Numbered from the stretch's first letter, positions 11,470 to 25,220 are shown. The stretch: DNA of 64,000 nt from Octopus sinensis (GCF_006345805.1 NC_043001.1:17174001-17238000), one strand, 5' to 3'. Notes: generated from the letters alone by a model not told the origin. Numbers and translations: made by a program.

Positions 11470-11905
11470 GGAGTGGCTGTGTGGTAAGTAGCTTGCTTAC
11501 CAACCACATGGTTTCGGGTTCAGTCCCACTGTGTGGCACTTTGGGCAAGTGTCTTCTACTATAGCCTCGGTGCCACTCTCTGGGATTCAACCCGAAACAT
11601 TGTGGTTGGAAAGTAAGCTTCTTACCACACAGCCACACGTACGCCTTGTGTAAAAATAAAATTTGAAATCAATATTCTTTCCAATAAAAATCGGCAGCCA
11701 TTTGGTAGAATCGTGAGTACGCCGTGGAAAATGCTAATCGGAATTTCCTCTGCCTTTTACATTTGGAGTCCAAATACCATTGTAGTTGACTTTGCCTTTC
11801 ATCTTTTCGGGGTCGATAAAATAAGTACCAGTTGAGTGCTGGGGGCTGATGTAATCGACTTAACCCTTCCCAAAATTGCTGGCCTTGTGCCAAAATTTGA
11901 AACCA
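11470..11905. mobile_element. Opposed SINE-B head fragments followed by an old SINE-C
   Basis: GGAGTGGCTGTGTGG at about 11470 (+), TTACCACACAGCCAC at about 11625 (-), SINE-C core at about 11790. Confidence 0.75.
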
Positions 11906-11975
11906 GTATTTTAACTGTTACCTTGGATTTTGATATTTTTAATATTGGGTTTTAATATATCTAACTATATATATA

Positions 11976-12020
<45 letters not shown>

Positions 12021-12021
<1 letters not shown>

Positions 12022-12707
12022 GCATCCAATGATCTCAACGTATCCTGGCTCACATACAATGTCTTCAAGGTGCCCTGGCTCACATCTAATGACCTCAAAG
12101 TACCCTGGTTCACATCCAATGATCGCAACTTACCCTGGTTCATATCTAAAGATAGCAACGTACCCTGATTCACATCCAATGATCTCAACGTACCCTAATT
12201 CACATCCAATGATCTCACGGTACTCTGGTTCACCTCCAATGATCTCAACGTACTCTGGTTCACATCCAATGATCGCAACGTACTCTGGTTCACATCCAAT
12301 GATCGCAACGTACTCTGGTTCACATCCAATGATCGCAACGTACTCTGGTTCACATCCAATGATCACAACGTACCCTGGTTTACATCCAATGATCTCAACG
12401 TACCCTGGTTCACATCCAATGATCTCAACGTACCCTGGTTCACATCCAATGATCTCAACGTACCCTGGCTCACATCCAATGATCTCAACGTACCCTGGTT
12501 CACATCCAATGATCTCAACGTACCCTGGTTCACATCCAATGATCTCAACGTACCCTGGTTCACATCCAATGATCTCAACGTACCCTGGTTCACATCCAAT
12601 GATCTCAACGTACCCTGGTTCACATCTAATGATTGAATGTACCCTGGTCCACATCTAATGTTCTTAACATACCATGGTTCACATCCAATGACCTCAATGT
12701 ACCCTGT
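12021..12707. repeat. 30-bp minisatellite, about 23 units, consensus CACATCCAATGATCTCAACGTACCCTGGTT
   Basis: Direct reading; homogeneous centre, diverged edges. Confidence 0.97.
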
Positions 12708-12849
12708 TCAAGTTCTTTAATGCATTTTGACCTATAGCTGGAACTTTGACAGGTGCTACTTCTCTGAATCAGAGTACAGCTGGGAACAATAGTGGCTGTT
12801 GGGTGGTTCAACACACCTCAAAACCCTAGAACTTCCGAACTAGAGCCCC

Positions 12850-13204
12850 ATTACTAGACGCGGTTCACGTTCAGAACCGAACCAGTGTACTTTGAAATCA
12901 TGGATGCTGTGTGGTGGATGCGTACCATTTCGGCAGATGAACTTATTGAGTCAATAGCGAATATCACTAGATGCTGAGCAGATGAACAGAGAAAATAAGA
13001 CTGTTAATAGCCATGATCAACCAGTTCAGTTAACGAACTACTGCTATGCTCTAAAGTCATGAGAGGCACAGATGAGCTATTTCAGCTAGCGAAAGACCAA
13101 TGTGACTAAAACCCCAGGCCAGGCATTCATAAGTCATCGCTTGATTGGGACCTCTGGTGCGAAAGAGCTACAGTGGTCCGGGCAAGTCGCGTGACCGAAT
13201 GATA

Positions 13205-13248
<44 letters not shown>

Positions 13249-13261
13249 GACGATGATGATG

Positions 13262-13299
<38 letters not shown>

Positions 13300-13305
13300 A
13301 ATGAT
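12850..13305 (+). mobile_element. Degenerate RTE-like LINE 3' end with (GAT)n tail
   Basis: Terminal peptide DWDLWCERATVVRASRVTE* resembles RTE C-termini and is followed directly by (GAT)n. Confidence 0.45.
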
Positions 13306-13754
13306 ATTTTGCTCTTACACAAATTTCGTTATATATAATCATTTTTCAACAATATTATTTTGTTTTATGTATTACCCAATTTCAATTAATTTTTATTTTC
13401 ATATATTTTCTTATATTTTACAGATGGTTGCTGATCCATACGTTACAAACCATAAAATATTTCGAACAAAACAATTTCTTTTCATCGATCAAACAACAAA
13501 ATCAATGTAATTTCTCTATATTTTTTCTTAATATCTTATTAAATTGCTTGTGTTAATAACTAATTTTATTGGAATTAAATATTCATTATAATATGCTAGT
13601 TGCGCTATCCAACGCTTTAATGACTTTCGCAATTCGATTTCTATCCAGCCAGCAGCCAGCCAGCCAGCCCTCCACACACACACGTGTGTGCGTATGTATG
13701 TATGCATGTGTGTATACACATATATATGTATTTCTATTTACCTATCTATACGTA

Positions 13755-14120
13755 TATACGAGGTCTAATCAATAAGTATATGGACTGTTGCCATAGTAAC
13801 GAAGCTAAAGCACGCAGAGTAAAGCCGCGTGGCAAAGGTTGACCTTAAAATCTGCTGTGCATGCGCACTAAATTTTACCTTTCTAGCTCACTTCCGCTGT
13901 TTAAAGCAGTGCTTGGAAGGAAGGTGTGTAGCGTTTGATCGTCGCATTGACCATAACAGAGAAAGTTGTCATGGCGACACCTGCTCAGAGGCCAGCGCAA
14001 AGTTGCAGAAAGTGTATGGAGAGGAGTGTATGAGCCAGCGCAAAGTTGCAGAAAGCGTATGGAGAGGAGTGTATGAGCTGCACACACGTGAACGAGTGGT
14101 TCAGACGTTTCCAAGATGAC
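13755..14120 (+). mobile_element. Mariner 5' fragment with an internal tandem duplication of about 43 bp
   Basis: TA-CGAGGTCTAATCAATAAG terminus; peptides LQKVYGEECMS and VNEWFRRF; CAGCGCAAAGTTGCAGAAAG..GTATGAGC occurs twice. Confidence 0.8.
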
Positions 14121-14874
14121 AGAAAAAAGGCTATAGCAGACGACACTTGCCTAAGGTGCTACGCAGTGGAACTGAACCCTGGACTGCGTGAGTTAAAGCA
14201 AAAATCTTTTATCCACTCAACAATGCAACCAATGTAATTTTCGAAATGTAGTAAAGTGATCTAAGACCTCTTGGTTCTCTGAATCGAAATAATACAAACA
14301 ACCCGAATTCAGATTTAATCGTATTAGTTATCATTCATTTTTTTGTTCTTTTGTTTGTTTACTTTTTAAGTTGTTCATACGTATCGTATCTGAGTAGAAT
14401 TTGCTTGAGCGTAAAGCGAATAGCTTATGAAAGCAATCTAAAATATTCCTTTGGTGTTTTCTGGCGTGTTTATTATATAAAACTTATCAGATATCTCAAG
14501 GAATTTTCATCGGGTTTAACTAAATGGGAAAGTTGTATTTTATTTAAAATTTGTTCTACTTTTCGCCTTAGTTAAGCTTCAAACACAAATAATAGACTTT
14601 TTTTTTATCTACATCATATGAAATAGATACAATAGATCCATTATAAATATATAAATTTCCATTGCCTATTTAGATTTCCATTTTAGATATTCTTTATAAT
14701 AAAAATTTTGTAAATTCCTTTAAAAAATAAAACAGGTTTACCAACATAATTTTACTTTGAAATGTTACGTATTTATTACTAAACTAATCAATTTTTTAAA
14801 AAGGTCAACATTTTAAGCTTTGTGCTTAAGAAGCTCGCTTTGGAAATGCGACCTATACAACGCATTTCAGTATA

Positions 14875-15068
14875 TCTTTCATCTTTTACTTGTTTCAGTC
14901 AATGGATTGTGCCCACGCTGGGGTACTGTCTTGGAAGGTTTTAGTCGAACAGATCGCCCCCAGTGCTTACTAAATTACTTATTTATCCCATCGATCTCCT
15001 AATAGAACCGCTAATCTGTGGGGACGTAAATAAACCAAAATTGGTTGTCAAGCAGTGATTGGAGTTAA

Positions 15069-15099
<31 letters not shown>

Positions 15100-15235
15100 C
15101 ACGACAAGCTTCCACACGTTTCCGCCTACCAAATCCCCTCACAAAGCTTTTGTCACTTATCCAAGAGGCAATGCAGTGAGATTAAACCCGAAGCAGCATG
15201 GTTGCAAAGCAAGGTCCTTAACCACGCAACCATGC
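14875..15235 (-). mobile_element. Old, diverged SINE-B
   Basis: Tail TTTTACTTGTTTCAGTC, internal (CA)n, head remnant. Confidence 0.75.
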
Positions 15236-15574
15236 CTGTGTCAACGACTAAGTTTTATTTCTAAGCGCTTTTCCTTTGTTTTAACACATATCTATATATC
15301 TTGGTGTGTCATCCGCGCGCTTTCTCTTCTTTTCTATTTTTTCTTTTTGTCTTTTGTTAGCTAAGTTCGCAACGATTTAATACCTACAAAAACTAGATTA
15401 TGATATTCTTATCACGAAAACTGATGAGGCACGGGTGCATCAGAAATACCGAGAACACATTTAGGAAACTTCCCCAATACTAAATAGGAAATATACATAG
15501 TAGATATCATACTCCCATACCCACAGTTTATACAGGCAGAGTAGAATAGTGGGCTGTTATGTAGATAGACGTAT

Positions 15575-16067
15575 GTATGTGTGTATGTGTGTGTGTGTGT
15601 GCGCGCGCGCGTACATGTATGTAAGCATATGGATATGAAAATAAACAGATCAACATACAGACGGATAGGTAGATAGGTTATATGAGCAGACAAGCACACA
15701 TACGCAAATGGAGACTGAAACACATGACCATATACACACACACACACACACTTTACTTCACACAAGGACGCATATGGAGACACATGTCCACACATATGGA
15801 GATGCACATCCACACATACAAACACGGTACATAGTTGCAAAACACACACACACACTCAGACATGCACACACAGGGAGACAGAGGTGCATACATATACAAA
15901 CACACGCTCACACATACATAAAAAATACACAAACACGGACAATGCAAGCACATGAATATGTAGAATATATACATACAGATGCACACACATACATACATAT
16001 ATACATATGCATATACACATATGTATACACACACATGCATACATACATGCATACATACATACATACA

Positions 16068-16099
<32 letters not shown>

Positions 16100-16170
16100 C
16101 ATACGTAAATGTATGCAAGCATATGCACACACACCACACACACACACACTGACCCACACACATGTGCACA
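15575..16170. repeat. Cryptic CA/TACA-rich simple repeat
   Basis: Direct reading; explains the HT-rich ORFs. Confidence 0.9.
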
Positions 16171-17702
16171 AACAAACAAAAAGGAACGCTGTGTAAATAA
16201 CGGACAGAGTCAAGACTCTTGAAAAGGTTGCAAGATGAACGAAAAAAATTTTAGGAAAATAAAAATAAGAAATAAGTGGAAATTTTACCGGTGAGTGTGT
16301 TAAATTATAAGGCACAAAAAGAAAATTACTCTCCCCAGACACAACAGAACATTTAGGAAAATTTCACGAGAGAGAGAGAGCGAGAGAGAATAGGTGTTTT
16401 TGCGCAAAGCGAATTAAGAGAAAGAGTCAATAATAGAGAGATGTCAGTCCGCCGAGGTCGACTTTGCAGTTCATCCTTTAGGGGTCGATAAATTAAGTAC
16501 CAGTTACGTACTGGAGTCGATCTAATTGACTGGCCCCTCCCCCAAAATTTCGGGTCTTGTGCCTAGAGTAGAAACGAACAGAGAGATGTAAGTGTAACGA
16601 TATGTATGCAAAAAAAACCCTGCGGCTCATGGAGTTTACGTATATTGTAGGTAATTTACGAGTAAATTTATGTTATTGAATACCGTGCTGATAATAACAG
16701 GTAAATATTTTTTTCCTCTAAGATTGAAACAGGTTTATTGTACGCGGTTAACCTAAAATTGTTGATTCATTTATTTTTCTTTTGCGCGCCTACAATATAG
16801 TGTGTTACCCTCGGAGATTTTAAGGTGGTAATAAGGTAATAAGGTGGCGTCTATTTCTACAGTACGTGGTGAGGCGTATAGCCGACCCCTCGTTATAATT
16901 ATGTACATAATTATAAACTAATTTATAAAATTTTTCCTATTAGGCTTTATATCTGCGATGGCTACCTGGTAAAATTATAAATGATTTTACCCTTTATTAA
17001 AAATTGATAATTGAAATATATATATATATGTATATGGAGGCGCAATGGCCCGGTGGTTATATATATATATATACATTTATATATATACACATACATACAT
17101 ACATACATACATACATACATACATACAAACATACATACATACATACATACATACATACATACATACATACATACATACATACATACATACATACATGCAT
17201 ACATACGTACATATTGAATGAAGGCAAACAATTAGGCAATGCAGGACAGGAACATTTCATTTAATTTATTTCAATCAAAAATCTAGCTGCAAAATGAATG
17301 GTAAAAATGGTAAAAAGATTGTACAAAATAGTAAAGATATTCTCTAACAGCTGTCTCCGGGGTATCCTAGGTATTGGAGCATCGTATCTAACTGTGTAAG
17401 TTGGGTAAATCGTCATAAGTGGAAAGTTCTTTATCAATGACATTTGTTGTGGTTCATTATGTCCAGGTAGGTTGGAGGGTCCAATTAAACCCAGTTAGAG
17501 CAGGTCTTCTTTAGGTAAATCCATGATCAGAAAGAATGGTCAAGTGGCACAGCTTGGTGAGAAGAGAGAAAAAATTGTTATGCAGTACTCCATATTTAGG
17601 GAAAATGAAAATGAATGCTTGTAGATCCAAAATTGTGTGAATTTTCAGTATTTAGTAAGTATATCTATTAGTTTGAGTCATCCAGACGAAAAATCCTCAT
17701 AT

Positions 17703-17753
<51 letters not shown>

Positions 17754-18471
17754 TATATATTATTTTTCATTCTCTTCGAAAATTGCTCTTAAAATGTGGT
17801 TTTGGTCGTTTTGACTGCTTCTTCTAGCGTGTAAAAATTACCTGTTAAAGGTAGTTTTCTAGTGTTTAAATGTACACTATTTTATATTGAGAATTTGTTG
17901 TCTATCGACTTTTTATACGTGCTAGGCCAATGGTGATGAAATTTCTATAAATAGTCGCCATTCTATATATTTACGAATATATATATATACACGACAGTCT
18001 TCTTTCAGTTTCCGTCTACCAATTTTACTCATAAGATTTTGGTCGGTCCGGCACTTTATTGGAAGACATCTGCCTAAGTTGCAACGCAGTGGGACTCTAT
18101 CTAGAAGCATCTGGCTGGAAAGCAAACCACTTACCACACACCCACGCTTTCTCCAAAGAAAATATGGAAGGCTTCGCGAAATTGCGTGTCATCCTTGCGT
18201 TTTATTTTCTTTTGTTCGTACACCTATCTAGTTTGTGCGTATGTGTGTGTGTCTGTGTGTGTGTGTCTGTGTTTGTCTCCCCAACATCACTTTAAAACTA
18301 CCACTTTTGCTTTTTGTTTCACTCTTTGCCTGTCCAAAGCATTTTCATTCGTTTGTTCTCAACGTCCATGCATTTTTTGTAGACTTTCAGCGAGCCCTTG
18401 TTTCATACTTTCCGTATAATGTAGATCTTTCATCTCATAAATCTTAAGTTAGTATGGTGGTTGTAAAAAAA

Positions 18472-18701
18472 GGCGGCGAGCTGGCAGAATCGTAAACACA
18501 TCGGGCGAAATGCTTAGCGGTATTTCGGCTGCGTTACGTTGTGAGTTCAAATTCCGCCGAGGTCGACTTTGCCTTTCATCCTTTCGGGGTCGATAAATTA
18601 AATACCAGTTACGCACTGGGGTCGATATAATCGACTTAATACCTATGTCTGTCCATGTTTGTCCCCTCTATGTTTAGCCCCTTGTGGGTAATAAAGAAAT
18701 A
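18472..18701 (+). mobile_element. SINE-C monomer with 13-bp TSD
   Basis: TSD GGTTGTAAAAAAA at 18459-18471 and 18702-18714. Confidence 0.93.
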
Positions 18702-19304
18702 GGTTGTAAAAAAAACGTGCATCTTTATCATATATGACGCATGGACGCTAGGAAAATATGTCCTCTGTATCACATATGACGCACAACACAGGCAAATCAA
18801 CGAAGATATACGACGCAAAAGACAGGTTAAATCAACAAAGATTTTGTCTTGATATTTTTGAGACGCAGAGGTTGTATTCACTTGCAACCGCTACTTAACC
18901 TTCATTGCCACTGGCAAGCTCATTTTGTAATTTTTCTATACTTTTAATCGTATTCTCAGCAAGCCTTTTCAATAATTCATGTTCCGAATCTTTACGAGCT
19001 GCCACAAATAATGATTTCTTGTATTTAAAATGAGACTAATTCAGCCATGATTTATCATATATTTACAACGACATTCAAGTCTGGAAACTGTGCAGTCAAA
19101 ATTCTCTTTGTGTTATGGCATTGGATAAGATTTGAAATTCATTTTGCAAAACCGACCGTGAACCTAGTTTGAGAAATTAGTATAAAAAGACAAAATTGTA
19201 TGGTTAAACAGTTCGCTCCCTTACCACTGTATTCCAAATTCGATAACTCTACTTGACAAAGGGATGTAGGCGTCGGTGTCGAAGAAAATAATCAAAAGGC
19301 ACAT

Positions 19305-19719
19305 AACTCACTAAGCAACAGCAGCCATAATCCGAAAAGAAGAACAAGTCAACATCATCGGTAACTACTGAGCCGCAGGTTTTATGTCGGAGTTATCCCA
19401 GTTTCCTGAGTTACCTTCTCCTAGAAGGATGCCCTAACAAAGGCTAGGAGTCCTTCACTCCCAATGGTTTAACCGCGTGATCCGGTATCCAGTCCGATTA
19501 TTTCTGTCCCCGCGCATGATACAGCCTTAAGACATTTATTGGATGGCCGTTGACTCTCAAGAGTTCCTCCGCCCTTTGACGGGTTTTGTTTTTTATCCCG
19601 CAGGTTGTCCAATAAACACTCTCCTCACCAAACAAGCTTGGTGGGGTTGCCGGTTTAGTCGCCGACGACCCGACTATGCAACAGGTTGTACTGGGTTACA
19701 TGTTACCAGTAGCACTCGA
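19305..19719 (-). mobile_element. Short RTE-derived non-autonomous element
   Basis: Contains CTAGGAGAAGGTAACTC, similar to RTE 5' UTRs; other copies at 20147, 21144 and 51725. Confidence 0.7.
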
Positions 19720-19745
19720 GAGTGACCTGTCATACATACATACAT

Positions 19746-20022
19746 TTTATTTATGCGCCCTTTTCAAGCCTAGCCAGCCTCATGGGCCCGGTTTCCCGGT
19801 TTCTGTGGCGTATGCGTTCCCCTCAGCTAGTCCATCGCAGCGTTACTCAAGAAACAGGAAGAAAGAGTGACAGAACGTTGGGGAGAAAGAGTACAACAGG
19901 GGCCTCTGCCACCCTCTGCCGGAGCCTCGAGGAGCTTTTAAATGTTTTCGCTCAATGGGAATCGAAACCGCGATCTTCCGACCGCATGTCCGCTGCCCTA
20001 ACCATTGGGCCACTGTGCCTCC
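19746..20022 (-). mobile_element. SINE-A, tail type 5
   Basis: SINE-A head; tail ends GAAACCGGGAAACCGGGCCCATGAGGCTGG. Confidence 0.8.
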
Positions 20023-20072
20023 ACTACATACATACATACATACATACATACATGCATGCATGCATGCATGCA

Positions 20073-20106
<34 letters not shown>

Positions 20107-20146
20107 CATACATGCATACATACATACATACACACATACATACATG

Positions 20147-20517
20147 GAGGCTGCCCCCTCGTAATCGAGTATGGCCATTGCGCGAAGCTTAATCAATGTT
20201 GTTATCGTGCAATGCCTGTGCAAGAAGATCTTTCTTAAAGTGAGGAAAGGCTGTGCACTGAGTCAATCCCACTCACTAAGCAACAACAGCCATAATCCGC
20301 AGGTTTTATGTCGGAGTTATCCCAGTTACCTGAGTTACCTTCTCCTAGAAAGATGCCCTAACAAAGGGATGAAAAACAGAACCCGTCAAAGGGCGGAGGA
20401 ACTCTTGAGAGTCAACGGCCATCCAATAAATGTCTTAAGGCTTTATCATGCGCGGGGACATAGAAATAATCGGACTGAATACCCGATCTCGCGGTTAAAC
20501 CATTGGGAGTGAAGGAC
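20147..20517 (-). mobile_element. RTE-derived element with inverted 5' segment
   Basis: 20368-20517 is the reverse complement of the segment at 19450-19599. Confidence 0.85.
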
Positions 20518-20588
20518 ACACACACACACGCACGCACGCACGCACGCACGCACGCGCACATACATACATACATACATACATACATACA

Positions 20589-20616
<28 letters not shown>

Positions 20617-20619
<3 letters not shown>

Positions 20620-20849
20620 TTCTTTACTACCCACAAGGGGCTAAACACAGAGAGGACGAACAAGGACGGACAAACGGATTAAGTCGATTACATCGACCCC
20701 AGTGCGTAACAGGTACTTATTTAATCGACCCCGAAAGGATGAAAGGCAAAGTCGACCTCGGCGGAATTTGAACTCAGAACGTAGCGGCAGACGAAATGCT
20801 GCTAAGCATTTCGCCCGGCGTGCTAACGTTTCTGCCAGCTCGCCGCCCT
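20617..20849 (-). mobile_element. SINE-C monomer
   Basis: Full head GGCGGCGAGCTGGCAGAAACG and tail AAAGAAATA. Confidence 0.92.
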
Positions 20850-21143
20850 TACATATATGCATATATATATACCTATATGTGTTTATCATTAGGCTTGTCT
20901 GTGTCATGCACTTGTATGTCACTGGCATAAACGAAATTCATTTCTTGACGTACAGGAAACAACGAATAGAATCATTCCCACTTATTGCGGATGTTCTCCA
21001 GGTGATACAAAATTCGTACTCACCTGAAATAAAGCTGAAATCACAACCTGCGTATCCTATTAAATATACACACACCATTAAAGGGCAACCAGGGATGATG
21101 AACGCCTAAATTTAAGGATACTCTTTTAATTGTTTCAGTCATT

Positions 21144-21334
21144 TACCTGAGTTACCTTCTCCTAGAAAGATGCCCTAACAAAGGGATGAAAAACAGAACC
21201 CGTCAAAGGGCGGAGGAACTCTTGAGAGTCAACGGCCATCCAATAAATGTCTTAAGGCTTTATCATGCGCGGGGACATAGAAATAATCGGACTGAATACC
21301 CGATCCCGCGGTTAAACCATTGGGAGTGAAGGAC
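21144..21334 (-). repeat. Local duplicate of the inverted RTE-derived copy
   Basis: Same inversion breakpoint and same (CA)n(CACG)n flank as 20330-20550. Confidence 0.85.
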
Positions 21335-21725
21335 ACACACACACACACGCACGCACGCACGCAACACATACATATATAGATACTAACGCACATACATATA
21401 TGCGCGCGCATGCACACACCACTACAAATATTTATGATTATTTTATCTATCTATCTATCTATCTAATCTATCTATCTATCTATATATATATATATATATT
21501 ATATATATACATATATATATATATATATAATTTTTAATCCAAACGGGAAAACAAAAACCACAACAATGGAACATTTACAGTATTATTATTAATAGGCGCT
21601 CAGGAAATGGAAGCAGGGATATATATATATATAGATAGATAGATAGATAGATAGATGATAGATAGATAGATAGTAGATAGATAGATAGATTGATAGATAG
21701 ATAGATAGATAGATTGATAGATAGA

Positions 21726-21830
<105 letters not shown>

Positions 21831-21914
21831 TAAATAATATATATATATAGTTATTTTAACTATTTTAAAATGTTTCAGCTGCAAAGCTGTGGTCATGCTG
21901 GAACACCACCGTTG

Positions 21915-22350
21915 ACTGCGCTACTCCATTATTCGAAACCTCCTTGACAGGAAGAGATCCAGTTTTGTTTTAAAGGCACTTACATCCACACCATGCAGGT
22001 CTATCAGGCATTTTGGAAGGATATTAAAGAGCTGCGGGCCAGTTGCAGTATCTGGTCCTGTATTTTGATGGCGATGCAGGGATCTTTGGCACAATGCAGT
22101 AGCGCTCCGTTCTGCAGTTAGAGTAGCATTCAATTCCAAAGTTTGGTACAAGGCCTTCTAGGATTTTCCAGATGTGTATCACTGTATATCTCTCCCGCTT
22201 TCGTTCCAGAAAGAAAAGTTTTAATTTCTCCAGCGGTCACTATTTTACGCCCGTTTTGGTCTAATCCCTCCATGTTTGTTTTCGTTCGGTTTCCTTGTAT
22301 GTCTCCACTGTCCTCTTTTTGTTCCCATCTTTGACCTTCCATACATCCCA
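21915..22350 (-). pseudogene. LINE (CR1/L2-group) ORF2 C-terminal relic
   Basis: GPQLFNILPKCLIDLHGVDVSAFKTKLDLFL, typical of this LINE group; frameshifted. Confidence 0.8.
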
Positions 22351-22409
22351 TATGTTATTTTGGAACTTATGGAAGCAACCGTCTTCGAAGATTCATATTA
22401 TCGTCAATG

Positions 22410-22572
22410 CTTGAAATGAGGAGTAGATAGACAGCAGACAACTGATGAAGGGTTGTTCTTTATTTTACTTGTCCTGTTTTCCATTTATTTCTCTCGTTGT
22501 TTGCGTATTGAACTCATTTGTTTTCGTATTTCATGTTGTTACTGTTGGTGACGTCCTGTACCCATATATGCC

Positions 22573-22575
<3 letters not shown>
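22410..22575 (+). repeat. Dispersed repeat of about 150 bp (also 23240-23390 and 4020-4085)
   Basis: AGATAGACAGC...CAACTGATGAAGGG..GTTCTTTAT..TACTTGTCCTGTTTTCC. Confidence 0.85.
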
Positions 22576-22626
<51 letters not shown>

Positions 22627-22654
22627 AGTGGTGTTACACAGGACACTATCTTGG

Positions 22655-23235
22655 GGCCACTATGAACAGCAGTGGCCCTCTCAGACATGCCCTCGGCTGC
22701 TCGGATAGCCACCCTTGCTAGCTATGCAGATGACACAAAAGTCTCTCAGGCAATACAAATTCCTGGAAATATTGCACATCTGTAACGAGAGTCGGACGCA
22801 ATAGATAGGTGGGCTGAGGACAACAACATACAGTTTAATGCAGGAAAATTCATGGCCCTAGGCTACCAACAGACAAAGCTGAACGACATGCAGTCAGGAT
22901 ACACTGGCCCAGGAGGAAGTGAAATCCCTGAAACAAAATCAGTGCGTGACCTGGGCACTGACATGAGCAATGATGTATCTTTCCAAGTGCATGTTACCAA
23001 TTTGGTAATAAAATGCTGACGGCTGGCTGGCTGGATACTTCGAACTTTCAAAACAACAGAAAAGGAGACATTTGTGATCCTTTGGAGGACATACGTTCTC
23101 GGCCGCTTAGACTACTGCTCCCAGCTATTGTCACCACACAATAAAAAATCCACGGCAGAACGCGAAGCAATCCAACGAAGCTACACTAAGATAATCGTCT
23201 CGATGCAACGTATCAGCTACTGGGAAAGAATTAAA
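22655..23235 (+). pseudogene. LINE reverse-transcriptase relic
   Basis: SYADDTKV, WAEDNNIQFNAGKF and LDYCSQL motifs with stops and frameshifts. Confidence 0.88.
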
Positions 23236-23519
23236 TAGGGTAGATAGACAGCCAGCAACTGATGAAGGGTCGTTCTTTATGTTACTTGTCCTGTTTTCCA
23301 TTTGCTTATCTCGTTTTTTGGGTATTGAACTCATTTGTTTTCGTATTTCATGTTGTTTACTGTTGGTGACATCCTGCACCCATATATGCATATATATATA
23401 TATATATATATATATTCATACATATATATATATATATATACATACACACACACACACACACACACACATACACACACCACACACGCATATATATATATAT
23501 ATATATAATAAACAAGTCA

Positions 23520-23760
23520 ACATTTTAATGTCTTAAAGTTGATGAACCAAATAATGTGCCTCTCTATTTTCTTATTTGCAATATAAATTAATTATAAAAT
23601 ATTTCTTTACCTTCACCCATTTAAAACAATAATTACGTTAATTGCATTGCAATTAAAAACACTTGTGTATTAATAATTGGGTATTATACCAACAGTATAT
23701 TGGATAAATATTATCCCTTAGTGGGTTGGATCCACAACCCCTAACTTTCTTGGTATATAT
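23520..23760 (+). repeat. Penelope-like terminal repeat fragment related to 41150-41390
   Basis: Shared TTAATTGCATTGCAATT, CAGTATATTGGATAAAT.TTATCCC and CACAACCCCTA blocks. Confidence 0.65.
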
Positions 23761-23854
23761 ATACACATTAGTTAATACTTAAGTATTGGTATGTTTTATA
23801 CTCACACACACACATATGTATATATATATTATATTAATTATTATTATATTATAT

Positions 23855-23888
<34 letters not shown>

Positions 23889-24807
23889 ATATATGTATAT
23901 ATATTTGTATGTATGTGTATATATTGTGTGAATGTGTGTTACATATATATGTAGAAGTATGTATACATACTTCTACGTGCATACATATGTTGGAGACGAA
24001 AGGGCAATGTCCTTTTAAGCAACAAAAACAATTAAGACTACGTTTATATTATGGATCTTATCTCCAGTATTAAAGGATATGATTTTTAAACAGCAGCCGT
24101 CTGTCTCGTAACGCCTTAATCACTTGCTGTGATTTCAGACGTACTTGAAAGCAAAATGTAGCTTAACTAACACACAGATCTCTCAAAACTCTGGGGTTTC
24201 TTCGCCAAGACAAATAAATACTGTGATAGACAAATATATAAATAGATAATTGAAAGCAAAAGAAAAGAAAAGAAATTGAAAGAAAGAAAGAAATAAAGAA
24301 AGAAGGATTGAAAGAAAGAACTACAAAAAGAAATACTGAAACGAATGAATAAACTGCGAAGCAAATTTTCTTCTTTATGAGCGAGTTCCTTTCAAGTTTC
24401 AATAGAAAGTCGATTTCTAACGCAAGCGGAATGACCTTCGTTCAATGAAAGGATTTTGTTATTGTTTGCATTGTTCAGCCTTATATCAGCTCTGATCAAG
24501 CGAATCTGAGGTCAAAGTATGGTAATGATAAACGCATGTTGTTGGTTTTCTCTTTTAATACAGTCCCTATATTTCTAGCGCAACCATGACTAACATTTTC
24601 TTTCCTCCTTAAAGAAATTCGAGTCAAAATTTGTGGGAAATTTAACACCTATTTCTTTCAAAACGACTGACCATACAGAGACATTTTCATTAACTCTTTG
24701 TGTGCGCTTGGGTGTGCGTGGCGTATGGTGGTCGTGGGGCGGGGTAGAGATTGATTTCTGTGTCAACGACCTCACAAAACTTGCTTGACATTATTATTTT
24801 TTTATCA

Positions 24808-25189
24808 GCAGGCGTGGCTGTGTAGTAAGAAGCTTGCTTCGTAACCACATGGTTCCTGGTTCAGTCCCAGTGCGTGGCAGTTTGGGCAGGTTTCTTCTGC
24901 TATAGCACCAGGATGACCAAAGCCTTGTGAGTGAATTTGGTAGACGGAAACTAAAATAAGTTCGTCTATTTTATAAGTATGTATGTATGTATGTATGTAT
25001 GTATGTATGTATGTATGTATGTATGTATGTATGTATGTATGTATGTATGTATGTATGTATGTATGTATGTATGTATGTATGTACGTATGTATGTATGCAT
25101 GCATGTATGTATGTATGTATGTAGTATGTATGTATATATGTAGTATGTATGTATGTATATAGTATGTATAATGTATGTATGTGTATGTG

Positions 25190-25220
<31 letters not shown>

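Noticed and set aside
12021-12707. CRISPR-like array
   Set aside because: Units are directly adjacent with no unique spacers, and the context is eukaryotic.
15421-15450. CTGATGA-GGCACGGGTGCATCA-GAAAT as a hammerhead
   Set aside because: No G-C closing pair for stem II and no credible stems I or III.
22442-22460. CTGATGA in the 150-bp module (also about 23259) as a hammerhead
   Set aside because: No GAAA follows a stem II, and a permuted fold did not give a valid stem III.
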